This document shows, one piece after another, positions 25,371 through 29,639 of a stretch of DNA of 29,639 nt. The notes beneath the pieces were generated by a model. It ran no database searches, was not told the DNA's origin, and saw only the letters and a program-made list of their open reading frames with translations. The position numbers and the translations under genes are program-made. The DNA is from Acidimicrobiia bacterium (GTDB taxonomy: Bacteria; Actinomycetota; Acidimicrobiia; IMCC26256; PALSA-555). Each line of letters begins with the position of its first letter. The first letter of the stretch is position 1. The stretch is from assembly GCA_017853455.1 (NCBI GenBank), contig JAFMJM010000368.1, positions 1 to 29,639 on the forward strand, read 5' to 3'.

Positions 25371-25900
25371 TCCACAGGTTTGGTCTTTCGAGACTCTTCA
25401 GGAAACGAACGGAGAAGGGTCGAAAAGTCCTCGGCCTCATACCGGCGTACCGAAATGTCGGCCATGGCAATGGGAACCACGTCTTCGGTCTGACCGAGGT
25501 GCTCCCGCAAAAGCTGGACGGCGTCCTCGAGCGCGGGGAAGGTGCGCTGCATCTGCTGCCCTCCCTGCATGAAGTAGTACGTCACTTCGCGTGTGCGCGG
25601 GTTGCGTATTGTTCCGTCATTGGACGGTTTGGTCATCTCGACAACATACGTTCGCGAAGAGTCCGAGGCAGGCAGAAGGGGCGTCTCGGTTGAATCCACG
25701 CGCTGTCCGGTAATGATGATCGCACTGTTCCGGGTGATTTGATTGATGACGTTGTAGCCCTCGTTTGCCATCTCCTGAAGAGCCGCGGCAAAGGCTGCCG
25801 CAAATTCATGCGGATCCTCATTGGCAACCGCCAGGCTCTTCCACTCTACTTTTCCGGTATTTCGCATGCGTGGCCTCGGGTACATTCTATCCCCATTCAT
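25367..25900 (-). CDS. Hypothetical protein (~177 aa)
   Basis: Track ORF 25367..25939 trimmed to MNGDRMYP (ATG 25900), which follows a G-rich RBS-like stretch and avoids overlap with the upstream gene. Confidence 0.65.
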   Translation of the reverse strand: MNGDRMYPRPRMRNTGKVEWKSLAVANEDPHEFAAAFAAALQEMANEGYNVINQITRNSAIIITGQRVDSTETPLLPASDSSRTYVVEMTKPSNDGTIRNPRTREVTYYFMQGGQQMQRTFPALEDAVQLLREHLGQTEDVVPIAMADISVRRYEAEDFSTLLRSFPEESRKTKPVE

Positions 25901-25916
25901 TTCATCCCCCCGTGAC

Positions 25917-26141
25917 TCATGGGCGACTGCGCAGAACAATCAGCTCAGCTTCCTGCAGCTGGTTCTGACTTTCAAGGGCTCGTATCCGGCTATCGGCTTG
26001 TTCCAGTAGACCATTGATGGTCTGCATATTTCTTGTCGCCGCCTCTTGTGCCTGAAGAGCCACAATGAGCAGCTCAATGGCCTGCTCCTTTGTAAGCGCT
26101 TCAAACTGCTCGGGGCGTAATGTTGTCACTTCTGTGGTCAT
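25917..26141 (-). CDS. Small coiled-coil hypothetical protein (74 aa)
   Basis: ATG 26141 preceded by GGAGGAGG; sequence MTTEVTTLRPEQFEALTKEQAIELL... with a heptad pattern. Confidence 0.7.
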   Translation of the reverse strand: MTTEVTTLRPEQFEALTKEQAIELLIVALQAQEAATRNMQTINGLLEQADSRIRALESQNQLQEAELIVLRSRP

Positions 26142-26175
26142 GGTCCTCCTCCAGGGGCCAAGAAGCCCGTTCAAG

Positions 26176-26185
26176 AACTTATCCC
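26176..26185 (-). promoter_or_regulatory. GRRATAAG core motif (GGGATAAGTT) upstream of 25917..26141
   Basis: Lies just after a terminator, 36 nt from the end of ATAAG to the ATG; same core as in three other leaders. Confidence 0.45.
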
Positions 26186-26213
26186 GACGTTGTTCGAAAA
26201 GTTGTACGAGAAC

Positions 26214-26248
26214 AAAAAGAAAAAGGCCCTGAGTAAAAACTCAAGGCC
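26214..26248 (-). terminator. Intrinsic terminator after the endolysin unit
   Basis: Minus strand GGCCTTGAGT-TTTT-ACTCAGGGCC (10-bp stem, one G-U) followed by TTTTTCTTTTT. Confidence 0.75.
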
Positions 26249-26273
26249 CTCGAACCCAGACAATAAAAAGAAG

Positions 26274-26471
26274 CTAGTTGCTGCCGGACACGCGAGGAGC
26301 AGAGGCGCGGGCCTCGATGAATTGCTCAAGTTCCTGCACACGTTCTTCGTGCTGCGCTTCTAACTCAACCGCGAGGAACACAAGTTCGAAGGTCTGCGTC
26401 TCAGTCAGACCTTTGGTCGAACGTCGCCGCAGGTCGAGTAGCTTGTCTACGTGCCGGTCAACAATGTTCAT
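26274..26471 (-). CDS. Small hypothetical protein (65 aa)
   Basis: Starts 4 nt after the amidase stop and ends just before the terminator. Confidence 0.6.
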   Translation of the reverse strand: MNIVDRHVDKLLDLRRRSTKGLTETQTFELVFLAVELEAQHEERVQELEQFIEARASAPRVSGSN

Positions 26472-26475
26472 GGAC

Positions 26476-27243
26476 TTACACCATCAAGTACGGGTTTTGA
26501 CTGAAGTAATCCGAAACATCTGCTGCCAAGACTCCCTGCGCACGGCGCTTTGCTTCTTCGTACGCCGTCTGCGGGTCGAGCCCAGGCTCCAGACGTAACC
26601 ATGCATAGAGCACAAGCCACGCGCCGTCACCATGACCAAAATACATATGGGCGAGCACCCCCGGATCGGGAGGTGTCTTACATGCCTCCACGCGCGAAAG
26701 CGCGAGCGTTACTTTCTCCCCGCTTTGTGCCAGCCCCGGCCACTTCTGAGGAATCGTCAGGGGGTTGGCCGCCGCACTTGTCAACCAATTGATTAACTGA
26801 CAAGTGGCTTCCGCTTGTTCAGGTGTGGGCAAAAGATACTTCTTGGCCGGACGTTGCGATGCCGACCAAGGCACGTTGTCCAAGATACCGGTCCACGGAC
26901 CGCCCGGATGAGCCAGTCCAGGCTCGTAGGGATTTACAACTTCAATGCCCACGCTCACGCCGTTGTGCTGTGAGGCGTGCCACATCTCGTCCGATTGCAA
27001 ATCGGCGTGCTGGTAAATTGTTCCGTCCGCATCGGCGATGAAGTGCACGCCAAGACCGCGCTGACGAAGAACATCGACCGTGTCGGACCAAGAGCGCGTC
27101 ACGGTTTCATGCACGACAACTTCGGTGACCGCGCGGTTTGGCTTTACTTGGTTTTTGAAACGAAAGACGCCAGGGTCTTTGAAGTTTCGAATCGCCACGC
27201 CAGCAGGACCCTCAAGTTCTTGTCCACCAACAATGATGCCCAT
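26476..27243 (-). CDS. N-acetylmuramoyl-L-alanine amidase (Amidase_2-type endolysin, 255 aa)
   Basis: VVVHET (Zn His), GVHFIADADGTIYQ, WHA...NGVSVGIEVVN (catalytic Glu), VLAH...GD (Zn His/Asp). GGAGG RBS. Confidence 0.85.
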   Translation of the reverse strand: MGIIVGGQELEGPAGVAIRNFKDPGVFRFKNQVKPNRAVTEVVVHETVTRSWSDTVDVLRQRGLGVHFIADADGTIYQHADLQSDEMWHASQHNGVSVGIEVVNPYEPGLAHPGGPWTGILDNVPWSASQRPAKKYLLPTPEQAEATCQLINWLTSAAANPLTIPQKWPGLAQSGEKVTLALSRVEACKTPPDPGVLAHMYFGHGDGAWLVLYAWLRLEPGLDPQTAYEEAKRRAQGVLAADVSDYFSQNPYLMV

Positions 27244-27743
27244 CAGGGTTTGCCTCCTATCGAGCGGGCGACTTGGAGTGCGTGTGCAAGGTCTTGCAGC
27301 CGCTCGCTCTGTTCGGGTGACACCTTGTAAGCCGAAGAGAATCGTTGTTTTTCTAAGAGGCCCTGGACCTGTTCGCAGCTCTCGGTAACACCTTGAATCA
27401 ATCCGGGAAGCGCCGAGAACTGCGTGTCACGAGCCACAGAGGCGTAATGCAGCGCATCCACCAGAGTGACAAGTTTACGAGTAACAACAAGAACAAGGCC
27501 ACGGTATTTCGCATCAATATCTGCCACGACATCGACAGGAAGAATTGGGCGAAGACCCGCCCAGACCACCTGGCTCATCTGTAGAAATGTCTGGATGCTC
27601 TGCACAAATGACTGCGTCTGCGCCGCAGGGTTTTCTCGAAACGATGTCCACCAGGCGCTCGAGCAGCCCATGGGGGTTCCCGTTCCAAGCGCAATCAACA
27701 GAAGTCCAATCAGCACGCCAATACGATGCGGCAGCTTCATCAC
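27243..27743 (-). CDS. Predicted lipoprotein (166 aa), translationally coupled to the endolysin
   Basis: Basic N-region, hydrophobic core IGVLIGLLLIALG, lipobox-like PMG-C, helical mature part. TGATG overlap with the amidase; GAGGAGG RBS. Confidence 0.65.
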   Translation of the reverse strand: MMKLPHRIGVLIGLLLIALGTGTPMGCSSAWWTSFRENPAAQTQSFVQSIQTFLQMSQVVWAGLRPILPVDVVADIDAKYRGLVLVVTRKLVTLVDALHYASVARDTQFSALPGLIQGVTESCEQVQGLLEKQRFSSAYKVSPEQSERLQDLAHALQVARSIGGKP

Positions 27744-27781
27744 GTAGCCCTCCTCGGAAAAAGAGAGCCGGCAATGGCCGG

Positions 27782-27831
27782 AAAAGTAAAGGAATAAGAA
27801 TTACGACACCTTTACTTTTTATGGAGGAGAC
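27782..27831 (+). promoter_or_regulatory. Conserved leader element, copy A
   Basis: AAAAGTAAA-GGAATAAGAATTAC-GACACC-TTTACTTTTT-ATGGAGGAGAC-ATG, with a perfect 11-bp inverted repeat at 27782-27792/27809-27819. Confidence 0.7.
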
Positions 27832-28557
27832 ATGGACATTGGCGTGACGGAACTTGAAACGCTGATGCGGGTACACCACCGCATCAACCGGCTTGATATG
27901 GGTCGGATTTACGCGAACCTGCACATCAAGGAGAGTCTCTCGGCCGACGAGAAGCTCGAAGCGGCGTTGCCGCTCCTGCAGGTGCTCAATGCCTGCGGAC
28001 AGCTCCGTATGTTCTGGCAGGAATCGACGTTGCGAGAGCTCGCTCGCAACGGAACCATGCACGGCCTGGAATGGCGTGTGTACCCAGGAGGGGTTCTCCG
28101 CATCGCGGAAGTGCACCCAATTCATGAGACACCGTGGGTGCTTCACGTCGCAAAGACCGATTGGTCGCCGGACGGAATTGAGTTGATGGAAGCGGGCGGC
28201 GAAGGAACGTTCGCGCGCTTTATGAAAAAGCAGCAGAACGCGTACCACAGCGACAACTGGACGGAAGCGTCCGAGTGTTTGAACACACTCGCGCAGCTCG
28301 CGAGTCTCTGGAGCATCAGCCGCTGGAATGCGCTGCTGGCGGAGTGTCGCGACGAAGACATTCTGCGGGAGTGGCGCATCGCGCCTCCGCAGATTCCTAC
28401 CCAGATGCTTCTGCCCGCCGAGAAGGCGGCAAAGCTCATCGACCATCTGAGGGACATCCTCTATCCAGGGGATGACCCGAACACAGAGTGGAACTCGGAC
28501 ACGCTCCAAGAGATTGGGCATGTCTTCTACAAATACGGCTTGAAGCCGCGGGAGTAA
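27832..28557 (+). CDS. Hypothetical protein (241 aa)
   Basis: GGAGG RBS, long ORF, followed 2 nt later by the next ATG. Confidence 0.75.
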   Translation: MDIGVTELETLMRVHHRINRLDMGRIYANLHIKESLSADEKLEAALPLLQVLNACGQLRMFWQESTLRELARNGTMHGLEWRVYPGGVLRIAEVHPIHETPWVLHVAKTDWSPDGIELMEAGGEGTFARFMKKQQNAYHSDNWTEASECLNTLAQLASLWSISRWNALLAECRDEDILREWRIAPPQIPTQMLLPAEKAAKLIDHLRDILYPGDDPNTEWNSDTLQEIGHVFYKYGLKPRE

Positions 28558-28559
28558 GT

Positions 28560-29144
28560 ATGGACAACGAAGTCAGCAAACAGGCCCGCACCGCGGCTCG
28601 GCTTGAGAAGGCAACGGGGCTGTATTCCGGTACCTGGGACAATTGTGTCATCGCCGAGCACGTTTGGACACGAGCGCGATTTACCTGGAAAGTCACGCCT
28701 AGCGGACGCGTGCACTTGCGCGCTACCCGTACGCTACTCGTCCCCGACGACCAATGGGAAAACCAGGAGTCGCTTGATGTCGACTACGACCCGAAAACCG
28801 ATCGCATCTCCGTATCGGAAGACGCGCTCTTAGGGGCCATGTGGCACCTATTGCAGAGTCGCGAGACCGAGCGGAGGTACATGCGGACGTACGAGAGAGC
28901 ACTCGGATTACTCGCCCGCTCAATCACAGAGCTTCGTGAGGAGCGCTCTAACGCCGCGTGGACAGACCTCTTCACCAAAAGCACGGACGACCGTCTACGT
29001 ATGCTCCGAAACGAGGCATACACAATTCTGGTGTATGCGATGAAACCGTGGCCTTGGTCGTATAAACCGTTTAAAGGCAGGAACCGCGCAGAAGTGCTCG
29101 AAGAGCGTTTACTCGAAGAGCGTCGTCTTGCCGAACGCGGCTGA
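28560..29144 (+). CDS. Hypothetical protein (~194 aa)
   Basis: Track ORF 28488..29144 trimmed to the ATG at 28560 (GGAG-TAAGT-ATG, directly after the previous stop). Confidence 0.7.
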   Translation: MDNEVSKQARTAARLEKATGLYSGTWDNCVIAEHVWTRARFTWKVTPSGRVHLRATRTLLVPDDQWENQESLDVDYDPKTDRISVSEDALLGAMWHLLQSRETERRYMRTYERALGLLARSITELREERSNAAWTDLFTKSTDDRLRMLRNEAYTILVYAMKPWPWSYKPFKGRNRAEVLEERLLEERRLAERG

Positions 29145-29192
29145 CCATCGCTCTGAGCTCCGTTGTCTCGGTGTACCAAGTACGCTGAACAC

Positions 29193-29249
29193 GGGAAGTA
29201 GCTAAAAAGGCAGCGCCCTAACCAGGCGCTGCCTTTTTAGCTACTTCCC
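29193..29249. repeat. Perfect 25-bp inverted repeat with a 7-nt loop (bidirectional terminator-like hairpin H1)
   Basis: GGGAAGTAGCTAAAAAGGCAGCGCC-CTAACCA-GGCGCTGCCTTTTTAGCTACTTCCC. Confidence 0.9.
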
Positions 29250-29270
29250 TGCAATTTACACCCGTTTTCG

Positions 29271-29280
29271 GGAATAAGAA
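29271..29280 (+). promoter_or_regulatory. GRRATAAG core motif (GGAATAAGAA) upstream of 29299..29502
   Basis: Identical 10-mer to 27791-27800, located between hairpin H1 and the RBS. Confidence 0.5.
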
Positions 29281-29298
29281 GGATGGGAGGTACTAATC

Positions 29299-29502
29299 AT
29301 GGAAAACATTAACGTGGAACGGCTTCAAGCCGACGATGCACGCCGTATGCGCATGCTTGATGAGGCGTTTCCAACGTCCGAGAGCCGTCGGGCGAAGGAC
29401 GTACCGAAGAAAGTAGCCGCGATCAACGCGGCGTTCGCCGAGTCCGACTTGCCGAAACTTGTATGCGACTGGACCGGAGCCTTCTGGCACATCCACGAAT
29501 AG
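29299..29502 (+). CDS. Small hypothetical protein (67 aa) flanked by two related hairpins
   Basis: Strong GGGAGG RBS 8 nt before the ATG; stop 2 nt before hairpin H2. Confidence 0.7.
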   Translation: MENINVERLQADDARRMRMLDEAFPTSESRRAKDVPKKVAAINAAFAESDLPKLVCDWTGAFWHIHE

Positions 29503-29504
29503 TG

Positions 29505-29559
29505 GTGAACGGCTGAAAAAGCAGCGTCCAATCCAGGACCTGCTTTTTTAGCCGTTCAC
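29505..29559. repeat. Long inverted repeat H2, same family as H1
   Basis: GTGAACGGCTGAAAAAGCAG-C-GTCC-AATCCA-GGAC-CTGCTTTTTTAGCCGTTCAC: 20-bp outer stem with one G-U, plus a 4-bp inner stem. Confidence 0.85.
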
Positions 29560-29639
29560 TAATGTAATAGTTTTTACGCTACTTCGCCGACGTGCGTTTT
29601 GCCTTGGAAGTCCGCACACTTCGGGATGTTTTTTTAGCT

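Larger units (their letters stand above)
1..29639. mobile_element. Segment of a tailed (myovirus-type) bacteriophage genome: baseplate, fibre, lysis and DNA-metabolism genes
   Basis: Co-oriented baseplate-J-like, gp25-like, fibre, holin-like and amidase genes with tight TGATG/GTGA coupling, plus thyX and RNase HII. No host housekeeping genes, integrase or att site in the window, so free phage versus prophage cannot be decided. Confidence 0.9.

Noticed and set aside
29193-29639. H1/H2 as CRISPR repeats or integron attC sites
   Set aside because: Only two diverged copies, about 255 nt apart with an ORF between them. They lack the RYYYAAC/GTTRRRY ends of attC, and no cas or integrase gene is present.
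1-29639. Stop-codon reassignment
   Set aside because: Standard-code ORFs tile the window at high density, with TAA, TAG and TGA all used as real stops and intact motifs throughout.

Overview
This is a 29.6 kb segment of a tailed dsDNA phage genome, roughly 60% GC by eye, with a contractile-tail (myovirus-type) baseplate. Its very large baseplate proteins suggest a large genome. A diderm host is likely (lipoprotein and spanin-like genes), possibly myxobacteria-like (inference only). Positions 1-23292 form an almost uninterrupted minus-strand virion block. It contains a gp25-like wedge gene, a 1351-aa baseplate-J-like protein, a ~1308-aa PKD-containing baseplate protein, at least five fibre/spike-like genes, a holin-like gene and two spanin-like membrane genes. 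One fibre/spike gene (1..1385) is a >461-aa ORF absent from the supplied ORF track because it runs off the left edge. A divergent thyX and a lone plus-strand Zn-finger gene interrupt the block. Positions 23458-29639 hold non-structural genes (RNase HII, an Amidase_2 endolysin coupled to a lipoprotein, small hypotheticals) separated by structured spacers. I found no CRISPR array, tRNA, integrase, reverse transcriptase/DGR or stop-codon recoding. The best leads are: (1) a repeated cis-regulatory grammar, namely a 50-bp leader element copied on opposite strands with a compensated inverted repeat, a GRRATAAG core in four leaders, and a family of long hairpins sharing a (C/A)TGYYTTTTYAGC end; (2) a ThyX with several normally conserved FAD/dUMP residues replaced; (3) a lysis kit split over two loci with non-canonical spanin candidates. 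Protein-family calls come from remembered motifs, not database searches.
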